Position numbers and translations under genes: made by a program
Notes under the pieces: model-generated
The model's input: only the letters and a program-made list of their open reading frames with translations
The model's database searches: none
Told to the model about the DNA's origin: nothing
Assembly: GCA_965222575.1 (NCBI GenBank)
Contig: OZ244958.1
Location: forward strand, 1,151,847-1,215,846
Direction of reading: 5' to 3'
Source of the DNA: Alphaproteobacteria bacterium
Lineage (GTDB): Bacteria > Pseudomonadota > Alphaproteobacteria > G965222575
Length of the DNA stretch: 64,000 nucleotides
Shown: piece by piece, positions 51,737 to 60,278 of the stretch
Layout of the letters: each line of letters begins with the position of its first letter
Numbering within the stretch: the first letter of the stretch is position 1

Positions 51737-53239
51737 TTAGTTATATGCTACTTTTATTATCAAAAATCCTAATGATTGTGGGGCTCCCAAGAGCAATTTT
51801 ACCATTTTAGCATCGAGCGGATCGGCGCTTCTAACACTATCGAAATGCAATGACGCATGGACAAGAAACTTTATTCTATACAACTCCGTATTTGGAACTT
51901 TTTTGATAGTATAAGTTGAGAACGGACCTAAATCGCCCTCTGACCTTGGGTTGAACCTTTTCTTTGGCTCGTATATTGGGGCACCATTATTAGAATGACC
52001 AACAACAATTGGATTTCTGCCGAGGATACTTCCTACCAGTACCCTTTTTTCCACTATTCGGTAATAAGTCCGAGGTAAAAATTTCCCAGGTGTTACCTTG
52101 TTAATTTGCATCCTCCCCCACCCCAGAACGGTTCGATCGTAACGATTCCAACCACGTACAAAGAGGGGAGTCCAAACTTGCTGCCTCGTCTTAGGGTCTG
52201 TACGCCACCCATAGCCGTATCTCTGGTAATACTCCGCTTTAAACTCTACTGCTAGTAGTTCCCAGATCTCGAGGGAGGGGTTGGTTCTTGGTCGACAGAC
52301 GGCGCCTTCGAGGGATGTGTCACAGAATGAGCCGTCCGCTACAATACGTTGTCCTTGGGAATTTTTAGGAAAAGGATTTGATTCTATAGCAGGAATTATC
52401 TCGCCGGGCAGAAACACAAAATTAGCGGCTTCCCCTACATCTTTACAGTCTTTGCCGGCTTTGCAGGCTTTGATTATGTCATAGCCAGACTTAACGTAGA
52501 GTTGTGACACGGGGGATTTCACGAACCATCCCCGCCCGTTGTCTGTAAGTCCTATATTGCCGGACGGTCCTCCAACCACTTTATTGCTATCCTCCTCAGC
52601 AACAACTGGCGCCTGCGGACGAACCGTGGGGGTGAGGTCTATCTTCTTCGTAACTCCCCGCTGATCATCTTCACTCCCTTCCCTAGGCGTCACTTTCATA
52701 ACTTCCCTCTGGGATTTGTCCACAAGAAGGACTAGCTCTCGTGGCCTATTCGTCAGCACAATAAATTCCCCTGGGTGCCCTAGATCCTCAGGATCGGGGT
52801 AGGTTACATTCGAAGATGGATTATCGTGGGAGTCTCCACTTTCAGACAAACGTCGTTCTGCTCTATCGGTTGTTACTTCGCTTGCATAAATAGGGTCAAG
52901 GATGTTAAAAGACCCAAAATGCAGGTGTTTTACGATAGCAATCGATACACTATCCGTGTATGTAACAGGACCTGCCTGTACTCCCATAAAGTTGTCACTG
53001 TTGAGCGCTGGGAACTGATAAGCCTTTTTCCTTATAATGATTCTACCCTTTTTATCTAAGCGGATGTTACCATCCTTATCTAAGGGTTCACCATATATAT
53101 TGTAATTACCCCTCGGCAGCTCCCCCCGAAAGGCATAAGACTTTTCTCCTAAGATGAGGAACATAAATCCTGCAAGGACTAAAAGAGAAATCAGGTATTC
53201 TTTTATGAGAAATCTTTTCATTTTCATTTTCATTTTCAT
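51737..53239 (-). CDS. 500-aa pilin-like protein with a large inserted domain, candidate tip adhesin
   Basis: (MK)4 start plus signal peptide; HLHFGSF and PGEFIV; Cys-containing insert; C-terminal LGFLIIKVAYN. Confidence 0.62.
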   Translation of the reverse strand: MKMKMKMKRFLIKEYLISLLVLAGFMFLILGEKSYAFRGELPRGNYNIYGEPLDKDGNIRLDKKGRIIIRKKAYQFPALNSDNFMGVQAGPVTYTDSVSIAIVKHLHFGSFNILDPIYASEVTTDRAERRLSESGDSHDNPSSNVTYPDPEDLGHPGEFIVLTNRPRELVLLVDKSQREVMKVTPREGSEDDQRGVTKKIDLTPTVRPQAPVVAEEDSNKVVGGPSGNIGLTDNGRGWFVKSPVSQLYVKSGYDIIKACKAGKDCKDVGEAANFVFLPGEIIPAIESNPFPKNSQGQRIVADGSFCDTSLEGAVCRPRTNPSLEIWELLAVEFKAEYYQRYGYGWRTDPKTRQQVWTPLFVRGWNRYDRTVLGWGRMQINKVTPGKFLPRTYYRIVEKRVLVGSILGRNPIVVGHSNNGAPIYEPKKRFNPRSEGDLGPFSTYTIKKVPNTELYRIKFLVHASLHFDSVRSADPLDAKMVKLLLGAPQSLGFLIIKVAYN

Positions 53240-53384
53240 TTTCTTTTTTCTGCTTTGTTAACTACCTTTTAATTTTTTAACCCTAAGTGCAGGGTCTTAA
53301 TCCTTCTTGGAACGCTAACATATTTTTTAGGGAAGTGTCAATGGTTTTTTGAAAATTTTACCAGCGTATTTTTCACGCACACCC

Positions 53385-54092
53385 TTAATTATAAATAATG
53401 GTAACCGTGACCTTTGCTAAGTCTTCCGAAGGGGGAGGAAGAGTGGTGCTATCTTCAATGGTGAGCGTGCCGCCAAAGGAAAAGGCCAACGTTCCGGGAG
53501 ATGGGGAATCGATACCGGGCAAGTGGATGGTGAAAGTCGAAGGCAATTGCGTCATCTTATCAATCACTGCACTATCGACTAGAAATCCGCCATTAAAGCC
53601 ACCAACACCCGGCTCATAAGGAGGAAGCGCAATCTCGTTACCCATGATATCTGTAGTAGAATCGCCTTCGATTGCGGCTATCAACCCGTCCCCAATCCTA
53701 AAGTCATACCCTGGTAGTTCATCTCGCACCTTCAACTCTACAGTGATACCACGCGCCCACTGCCCCTCAATAACAAACTTGCCCGCCTTAATAGCGCTTT
53801 TGTTTAACCCATTGTGATTCTTAGCCTTATAGGGCAACTCCTCGCCCAAAGCATTAATCTCAACCACCGTTTCAGACCTGCGCTCTATCACGCGAAACGC
53901 TCCGAATTGTAAATGCTCCACGCCGTACACAGCAAGAGGGATATAAATAGGACCAATCTTCGCATCTGTTTCAGCAGGGGCCGCCCCTTCACTCTTCATA
54001 AACGGAAGGGAAAATACAAAACAGAACAGAACAACACACAATGAACTGAGGCTTTGCCTCATAAGGGGGGGTATCTCTACAGACATTTTCAT
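53385..54092 (-). CDS. DUF4402-like pilin subunit, first gene of the array
   Basis: KIGPIYIPLAV, LQFGAF, AGKFVIEG, FSFGGTLTI, VTVTIIYN. Start estimated. Confidence 0.75.
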   Translation of the reverse strand: MKMSVEIPPLMRQSLSSLCVVLFCFVFSLPFMKSEGAAPAETDAKIGPIYIPLAVYGVEHLQFGAFRVIERRSETVVEINALGEELPYKAKNHNGLNKSAIKAGKFVIEGQWARGITVELKVRDELPGYDFRIGDGLIAAIEGDSTTDIMGNEIALPPYEPGVGGFNGGFLVDSAVIDKMTQLPSTFTIHLPGIDSPSPGTLAFSFGGTLTIEDSTTLPPPSEDLAKVTVTIIYN

Positions 54093-54251
54093 CAATAACT
54101 CTCTGTAATTTCTGAACAAGCTTGTCAAATGCACAACTTCTTTATTAAAGCCTACAATTACAATAACCACAAGAATTTCTTTTGTCAAGAATCAAAACCA
54201 CTTTTTTTGTGATTGAAAAAAACCCCATCCCCCCCCAAAGACCAAACCCCC

Positions 54252-55262
54252 TCATAAAGCTGCTCTCAAATGAGAGGCTATAAAGGGCATTGCCCGGTCG
54301 CTCTCCTCCGCTAACCGCTTCACCGCTATGGACTTGAGCATATTGCGCTTCGTCTCCTTATGAAGGTCTTGAAACTTATCCAGCTCATAACCAAGCCTAT
54401 TCCTCTTCAACGAGGACTTGTTATCCTCATTGCGATACTGCTTGCTTATCACACTTATCTCATTCAATAAAGACTTTTGCTGCTTCTTTAACCCTCTACG
54501 ACCAAATAAATACCCCAAAACCGGTATGCCCGCAAGACCCTTCAGCTTCTTCTTACACTTCTGAACCGCCTCTTGCTTCACTGCCATCTCCCCATCATAC
54601 GTACGCTTCAACTCCTTAATCTCACCATTCACAGACTTCAACTCAGATTCTACCTTCGTTAACTCCTCGCCAATAGAGCGCACCTCTCCTCCTTCCCCAC
54701 GCACCTCTGCTCCTTTATCCCGTATCTCTTGACCCTGACTCAAAATGCCTTCCTTCTCCCCCTCTAAACGCGATAGCACACAGCGCTTACAATAGTCTAC
54801 CACACCAGCAACCGGATCCTCTAAAAGCCGTAACAAATCCTCCATGGTCTCTACCCCCCCAGCTAAGGTCTCTCGAACATCCCGAAAAGACAAAAGCGTG
54901 CCCAGTGACTCATTATCCTCAGTCCCTAACAGCACCCTCAATTCCGGCTGCGATACAAAAATCTCCTCCAAAAACTTATCCCCAGAACCAAATAATACCT
55001 TCTCCCCAAACGCATCAATGGCCGCTAATGCCTCCTCCGATACCCCCGCACCCTCCCCCTCATCAGTAAACACACTCCCCTCATCAGTAGGTAACAAAAC
55101 ATTATGACGCTCCAACGCCCCTCCCTTTATGCTTCCCTCCCCAGCTACATGCTCAACAGAACGACCAAACAATTTCCCCTGCGCCTTAGGAGAAAAATCC
55201 TTCAACGCCTCCTGATTCACTATACTCGTTGCACCCGCTGCTACTTTCCCTACAGGCATCAC
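54252..55262 (-). CDS. Hypothetical coiled-coil protein, candidate type III effector
   Basis: Low-complexity N-terminus with GKLFGRSV, long coiled coil and a short hydrophobic LAGIPVLGYLFG segment; no signal peptide. Confidence 0.5.
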   Translation of the reverse strand: MMPVGKVAAGATSIVNQEALKDFSPKAQGKLFGRSVEHVAGEGSIKGGALERHNVLLPTDEGSVFTDEGEGAGVSEEALAAIDAFGEKVLFGSGDKFLEEIFVSQPELRVLLGTEDNESLGTLLSFRDVRETLAGGVETMEDLLRLLEDPVAGVVDYCKRCVLSRLEGEKEGILSQGQEIRDKGAEVRGEGGEVRSIGEELTKVESELKSVNGEIKELKRTYDGEMAVKQEAVQKCKKKLKGLAGIPVLGYLFGRRGLKKQQKSLLNEISVISKQYRNEDNKSSLKRNRLGYELDKFQDLHKETKRNMLKSIAVKRLAEESDRAMPFIASHLRAAL

Positions 55263-55373
55263 AAAAATCCCCTATCCTTAGCTTTTCTTTACATCACTCC
55301 TCTAACATCCCAAACAATCCCTAAAAACTCCTTACTATCACACATGCTCATCTGTTGATTCTCACATAAAAAA

Positions 55374-56633
55374 ATGCTATGCATATTTCTCCACCCTACT
55401 CCCCCTTCTCACACACACACCCTACCCCCCCCCTTGACCCCCTTCAACCCTCAACAATTCCTCGCTCATAAAACTCAACAAACTCACCTCAAGCACCTCT
55501 TCCTAGGCTACCCCGCTAACCACAATCCCCCACCCAAAAACTTCTTCAAGTGGAAACAGCAACTCCTCACTGCCGGTATCGGAAAACAAGGATTCAATAA
55601 CGCCGGTAACCCTCATGAAAAAGAAATCCAACCCTATAATACTCTAACCCTCGAAAAAGAAGTCATTCAATACTTCGGAAAAACCATAGGATTCCAAGAC
55701 CACAATATTTGGGGATACTGCTCCAGTAGCGGTACAGAAAGCAATCTCCATGGTCTCTACATGGGACGCACCCTCCTCAAAGGCAAGACCGGACTAATGC
55801 CTAAAATCTACTTCACCTCAGAAGCCCACTACTCCATTGAAATCATTGCAGACCTCCTCACCCTAGAATCCATCAGAATCAAAGCACACACAGATGGCTC
55901 TATCAATACTGAAGACTTAAAAGAAAAACTCGTCCCAACACACCCTGCTCTTCTCCTCGCCACCGTCGGCACAACCTTCAAAGGCGCCATAGACCCCCTG
56001 CCCACCCTCAAGTCACTCCTCCAGAATATCCCGCACTATATCCATGTAGACGCTGCCCTCTTCGGGGGATACCTCCCCCACACCAATCAGGCACACGTAC
56101 TCTCCCCCACCCTCAACAATACCCCTCTTTACGACTCTCTTGCTATCTCCTGTCACAAATTCTTCGGCTTCCCCTACCCAGCAGGACTCTTCATCACCTC
56201 CAACACACACTTCCAACACTTCCTCTCCTTCTTCTCCAATACCCACAACCCAGACTATATCCACCAAATACCAGGACTCATCTTTTGCTCAAGAGATGCT
56301 TCAAAACCAGCAGAATTCTTCTTCTTCACTACACCAGAATCCGTACAACAACAAAAAAAAGATACGACCTCTATCCTCAACCTCACTTCCTTCCTCATGG
56401 AACAACTGCTCCACCACCTCCCGCAACTCTCTCCTCAACGCGCTAGCTCCGTGTCTAATATCATCACCTTCAAAAAACCTAGCCAACCCCTCATCACAAA
56501 ATACTCCCTAGCTACAACCTCTACAGACCTAGAGGGCACAACGCAACCTTGCGCCCACGTCGTCATCATGCCGCACACTAACCAAAACGCCCTTGAAGAA
56601 TTCCTCAATGACTTGATACGCGAAAACTCATAA
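55374..56633 (+). CDS. PLP-dependent group II decarboxylase, histidine-decarboxylase-like (copy 1; true start may be TTG ~55434)
   Basis: LGYPAN, NNAGNP, WGY..SSGTESNLHGL, HYSI, GTTFKGAID, YIHVDAAL.GG, SCHKF (PLP lysine). Confidence 0.85.
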   Translation: MLCIFLHPTPPSHTHTLPPPLTPFNPQQFLAHKTQQTHLKHLFLGYPANHNPPPKNFFKWKQQLLTAGIGKQGFNNAGNPHEKEIQPYNTLTLEKEVIQYFGKTIGFQDHNIWGYCSSSGTESNLHGLYMGRTLLKGKTGLMPKIYFTSEAHYSIEIIADLLTLESIRIKAHTDGSINTEDLKEKLVPTHPALLLATVGTTFKGAIDPLPTLKSLLQNIPHYIHVDAALFGGYLPHTNQAHVLSPTLNNTPLYDSLAISCHKFFGFPYPAGLFITSNTHFQHFLSFFSNTHNPDYIHQIPGLIFCSRDASKPAEFFFFTTPESVQQQKKDTTSILNLTSFLMEQLLHHLPQLSPQRASSVSNIITFKKPSQPLITKYSLATTSTDLEGTTQPCAHVVIMPHTNQNALEEFLNDLIRENS

Positions 56634-56649
56634 CTCCCCCACTTCCCCT

Positions 56650-57843
56650 ATGCTCTTTGATACCAAACAATTCCTCAAGGATAAAGCCCCCTATAAAAAC
56701 CTGAGAAAATTCTTCCTAGGCTATCCTGTTAACCGCACTATTCCCCCCAAAAACTTCTTCAAGTGGAAACAGCAACTCCTCACTGCCGGTATCGGAGAGT
56801 TTAACTTCAATAATGCCGGTAACCCTCAATCATCAGGCGTTCACCCCTATAACACTCTCCCCCTCGAAAAAGAAGTCATTCAATACTTCGGAAAAACCAT
56901 AGGATTCCAAGACCACAATATTTGGGGATACTGCTCCAGTAGTGGTACAGAAAGCAATCTCCATGGTCTCTACATGGGACGTACCCTCCTCAAAGGCAAG
57001 ACCGGACTAATGCCTAAAATCTACTTCACCTCAGAAGCCCACTACTCCATTGAAATCATTGCAGACCTCCTCACCTTAGACTCCGTTAGAATCAACGCAC
57101 ACACAGATGGCTCTATCAATACTGAAGACTTAAAAGAAAAACTCGTCCCAACACACCCTGCTCTTCTCCTCGCCACCGTCGGTACAACTTTCAAAGGCGC
57201 CATAGACCCCCTGCCCACCCTCAAGTCACTCCTCCAGAATATCCCGCACTATATCCATGTAGACGCTGCCCTCTTCGGGGGATACCTCCCCCACACCAAT
57301 CAGGCACACATACTCTCCCCCACCCTCAACAATACCCCTCTTTACGACTCTCTTGCTATCTCCTGTCACAAATTCTTCGGCTTCCCCTACCCAGCAGGAC
57401 TCTTCATCACCTCCAACACACACTTCCAACACTTCCTCTCCTTCTTCTCCAATACCCATAACCCAGACTATATCCACCAAATGCCAGGACTCATCTTTTG
57501 CTCAAGAGATGCTTCAAAACCAGCAGAATTCTTCTTCTTCACTACACCAGAATCCGTACAACAACAAAAAAAAGATACGACCTCTATCCTCAACCTCACT
57601 TCCTTCCTCATGGAACAACTGCTCCACCACCTCCCACAACTCTCTCCTCAACGCACTAGCTCTGTGTCTAATATCATCACCTTCAAAAAACCTAGCCAAC
57701 CCCTCATCACAAAATACTCCCTAGCTACTACCTCTACAGACCTAGACGGCACAACGCAACCTTGCGCCCACGTCGTTATCATGCCACACACTAACCAAAA
57801 CGCCCTCGAAGAATTCCTCAAGGACTTGATGCACGAAAACTAA
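56650..57843 (+). CDS. PLP-dependent group II decarboxylase, histidine-decarboxylase-like (copy 2)
   Basis: Same motifs; nearly identical to copy 1 beyond the first ~65 aa. Confidence 0.87.
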   Translation: MLFDTKQFLKDKAPYKNLRKFFLGYPVNRTIPPKNFFKWKQQLLTAGIGEFNFNNAGNPQSSGVHPYNTLPLEKEVIQYFGKTIGFQDHNIWGYCSSSGTESNLHGLYMGRTLLKGKTGLMPKIYFTSEAHYSIEIIADLLTLDSVRINAHTDGSINTEDLKEKLVPTHPALLLATVGTTFKGAIDPLPTLKSLLQNIPHYIHVDAALFGGYLPHTNQAHILSPTLNNTPLYDSLAISCHKFFGFPYPAGLFITSNTHFQHFLSFFSNTHNPDYIHQMPGLIFCSRDASKPAEFFFFTTPESVQQQKKDTTSILNLTSFLMEQLLHHLPQLSPQRTSSVSNIITFKKPSQPLITKYSLATTSTDLDGTTQPCAHVVIMPHTNQNALEEFLKDLMHEN

Positions 57844-57846
57844 GAC

Positions 57847-57933
57847 CGGAGGGTAAGGGATTCGAACCCTTGAGACAGTTGCCCGCCTACACGCTTTCCA
57901 AGCGTGCGCCTTAAGCCACTCGGCCAACCCTCC
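57847..57933 (-). tRNA. tRNA-Ser(GGA); CCA not encoded
   Basis: Reverse complement GGAGGGTTGGCCGAGTGGCTTAAGGCG-CACGC-TTGGAAA-GCGTG...GGGTTCGAATCCCTTACCCTCCG, with a long variable arm. Confidence 0.95.
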
Positions 57934-58416
57934 TCATGTAGACCACGACCTAAACACCCTCTCCATATAAAGATGCTTCTCTTTCTCCCCAAAAGAAGTC
58001 TCCAATACCTCATACACACTAGCAAACGCTAACCTCCTAACCCTCTCCTCCAAGTCCCTTACCTTCTCCTTCTCCAGAGACTCCGACTCCAAACGTACAC
58101 GAAGCTTGCTCCTCTTCAACTCCCCCTTCAATACCTCCATCCTATACCCCTTCAACTTCTCCCGCTCCCGATGCGCCTCCTCCTTCATCTCTTCACTCCT
58201 CCTGCGACACTCCTCCACAAACTCAAGCCTCTTATTATAAATATCCCATGAGTGCTCCTGCAGATTCTCCGCTTCCACAAGGTCAGAGGCAATCTCCTCT
58301 AACTTGCTGTCCAATCCCGATAACCCCTTCTTCCAGAACGGCGAAACATAAACACCCAATATCAACAAAATAAACGATAACGCTACATAAAATTCCGCAG
58401 TCAACTCCATCCCCAC
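57934..58416 (-). CDS. atpF: ATP synthase F0 subunit b
   Basis: [10 protein letters not shown]-terminal TM segment followed by a charged coiled coil; last gene of the F0 operon. Confidence 0.8.
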   Translation of the reverse strand: MGMELTAEFYVALSFILLILGVYVSPFWKKGLSGLDSKLEEIASDLVEAENLQEHSWDIYNKRLEFVEECRRRSEEMKEEAHREREKLKGYRMEVLKGELKRSKLRVRLESESLEKEKVRDLEERVRRLAFASVYEVLETSFGEKEKHLYMERVFRSWST

Positions 58417-58913
58417 TACCCCCTAGACTCTAAAGCTTTAATCGTTAACTCCACCTTCTCCCTCAACACCTCCTCATCAATACTAACCCCCACTCCCAAC
58501 AAAATCCCTACACTCACCTCCAACACATGAGAACAAAGACCCGCCTCTAAATCCTGCTCTAAACGCCTAATATCCTTTTTCTTCTTCTCAAACTCCGCAT
58601 GAAGCGTCTTCTGTTGCTCCAAAAAACGCTTCTCCTTCTCCGCCAAGAAAGCCTCCTCATCCTTCTCATGCAAAGCACGCCCATACGCATGCCCCTCCTG
58701 TATCAACTCCTGCCCCCGTAACTCCGCTGCCTTAGCTTTCTCTTGCAATACCCGCGCCTCATCAAGATTTAACGAAATCTTGTCATCACGACTCCGAAAA
58801 ATACTCCTCACTCCCGGCAAAATAAACAACTCCACCAAGCCATACAACAACAAAAACCCAACAAGAATCCAAAAAATCTGATTGGGATAAGTCGAAACAT
58901 CAAGCTGTGGCAT
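58416..58913 (-). CDS. atpF2: ATP synthase F0 subunit b'
   Basis: MPQLDVSTYPNQIFW start, characteristic of alphaproteobacterial b'. Confidence 0.88.
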   Translation of the reverse strand: MPQLDVSTYPNQIFWILVGFLLLYGLVELFILPGVRSIFRSRDDKISLNLDEARVLQEKAKAAELRGQELIQEGHAYGRALHEKDEEAFLAEKEKRFLEQQKTLHAEFEKKKKDIRRLEQDLEAGLCSHVLEVSVGILLGVGVSIDEEVLREKVELTIKALESRG

Positions 58914-58925
58914 GACCCCTCCTCC

Positions 58926-59153
58926 CTAAAAAACAAACAAAATCAATAACGCTATCACTAACGCAAACAACGCTATCGCCTCCGTTAACGCAAACCCTAA
59001 CAAAACATTCCCAAAAACCTTCGAAGACGCCTCCGGATTCCTAAAAGACCCAGAAATATAACTAGCAAAAATATTGCCTATGCCTATTCCAACACCTCCA
59101 AGAGCTATGGTCGCTAAACCCGCTCCTATCATTTTCGCTGCTTCCAATTCCAT
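58926..59153 (-). CDS. atpE: ATP synthase F0 subunit c
   Basis: IGAGLA..GIGIG..RNP..GFALTEA. Confidence 0.97.
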   Translation of the reverse strand: MELEAAKMIGAGLATIALGGVGIGIGNIFASYISGSFRNPEASSKVFGNVLLGFALTEAIALFALVIALLILFVF

Positions 59154-59202
59154 TGTGATCTCCTGAGTTCTATTTATAACAAGTTATAACCTACACACCT
59201 AA

Positions 59203-59973
59203 TCAATGCACAGGGTGAAGTGCATCCTTAAGATACAAACACGTTAATATAGTAAAAACATATGCTTGAAGAAAAGCAATCCCTATTTCAAGAGCCGTCA
59301 ATGCTACCATAAATACTAAAGGGAAAAGAGCCAAAACCTTAAATATCCCTCCTAAAGCAACAGCACCAGCAGCAAAAACTTTTAGCAAAATATGTCCCGC
59401 CGTCATATTCGCAAAAAGACGCACCGATAAACTAATAGGACGTATAAAATACGACAGTACCTCTATAGGCGTAATCAATAATAACAAAAACGGACTCACC
59501 CCAGAAGGAACAAATAAACGCAAAAACTCCTTGCCATTTTTCACAAACCCCAACACCGTCACCCCAATAAATACCATCAACGCCAACGTTAAGGTCACCG
59601 CAATATGAGAGGTCACCGTAAAACTGTACGGAATCATCCCACACAGATTACAAGCCAAAATAAACAAAAATAAGGTGAAAATAAAAGGAAAATAGACCTT
59701 GCCTTCCTTCCCAACAGTCTGATGCAACAGAGAAGAACTGAACTTATAGAGCAGTTCTACTAGTAACTGCCATCGTCCAGGAATCACCTCCTGCTTGCGT
59801 ATCCCAAAAAAACAAAAGAAAAAGATACCGCCTATCCCTACTAACATCCAAAGCATGGAGTTGGTAAAGGAAAGGTCAAAAGCTCCTAACTGAAACTCTA
59901 AAAGACGCTTAATCTCAAATTGCTCAAGAGGAGAATGCATAGCGGAAGAAGAAATATGAGGGGTCATCATCAT
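59203..59973 (-). CDS. atpB: ATP synthase F0 subunit a
   Basis: SPLEQF, RPISLSVRLFANMTAGH, LQAYVF. Confidence 0.97.
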   Translation of the reverse strand: MMMTPHISSSAMHSPLEQFEIKRLLEFQLGAFDLSFTNSMLWMLVGIGGIFFFCFFGIRKQEVIPGRWQLLVELLYKFSSSLLHQTVGKEGKVYFPFIFTLFLFILACNLCGMIPYSFTVTSHIAVTLTLALMVFIGVTVLGFVKNGKEFLRLFVPSGVSPFLLLLITPIEVLSYFIRPISLSVRLFANMTAGHILLKVFAAGAVALGGIFKVLALFPLVFMVALTALEIGIAFLQAYVFTILTCLYLKDALHPVH

Positions 59974-59990
59974 AACTGACTGCTCCTTAC

Positions 59991-60278
59991 TTATCTCTTA
60001 TCATCCTCTTTGTCTAACGCAACCATTTTACAAACATTTCTTATGCCTATAACAAGCCCTAACATAAGAAAGGCTAATATCCATATTTTATGCACCTTCG
60101 CCACCGTAATGACTCCCCATCCTATCACTGCCACTAGACCAATAGCAACACCCATTTCTATGAAAACCCGCAAGCCCTGCCCTAACACTCTCCCCTGCCA
60201 CAACGGCGGCGCTGAAGGGCTTTGCTTCTTTTGTAAAACTTTCAGGCGCTTTTGTAACGCCTCTAGGTCTTTCTTCAT
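59991..60278 (-). CDS. atpI: AtpZ/AtpI family protein
   Basis: Two TM helices ending in LGLVIGIRNV; first gene of the F0 operon. Confidence 0.75.
   Translation of the reverse strand: MKKDLEALQKRLKVLQKKQSPSAPPLWQGRVLGQGLRVFIEMGVAIGLVAVIGWGVITVAKVHKIWILAFLMLGLVIGIRNVCKMVALDKEDDKR

Noticed and set aside
44943-54092. Shufflon or invertible-cassette system among the pilin genes
   Set aside because: All genes are co-oriented with their own signal peptides. I found no recombinase and no repeated crossover sites; shared DNA is limited to paralogous coding motifs.
55829-57724. Duplicated small ORFs inside the decarboxylase genes (e.g. the 123-aa Ser/Pro-rich pair)
   Set aside because: Alternative-frame or antisense by-products of the C-rich duplicated coding sequence.
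57742-58025. 61-aa minus-strand ORFs
   Set aside because: They are translations through tRNA-Ser and the end of atpF.
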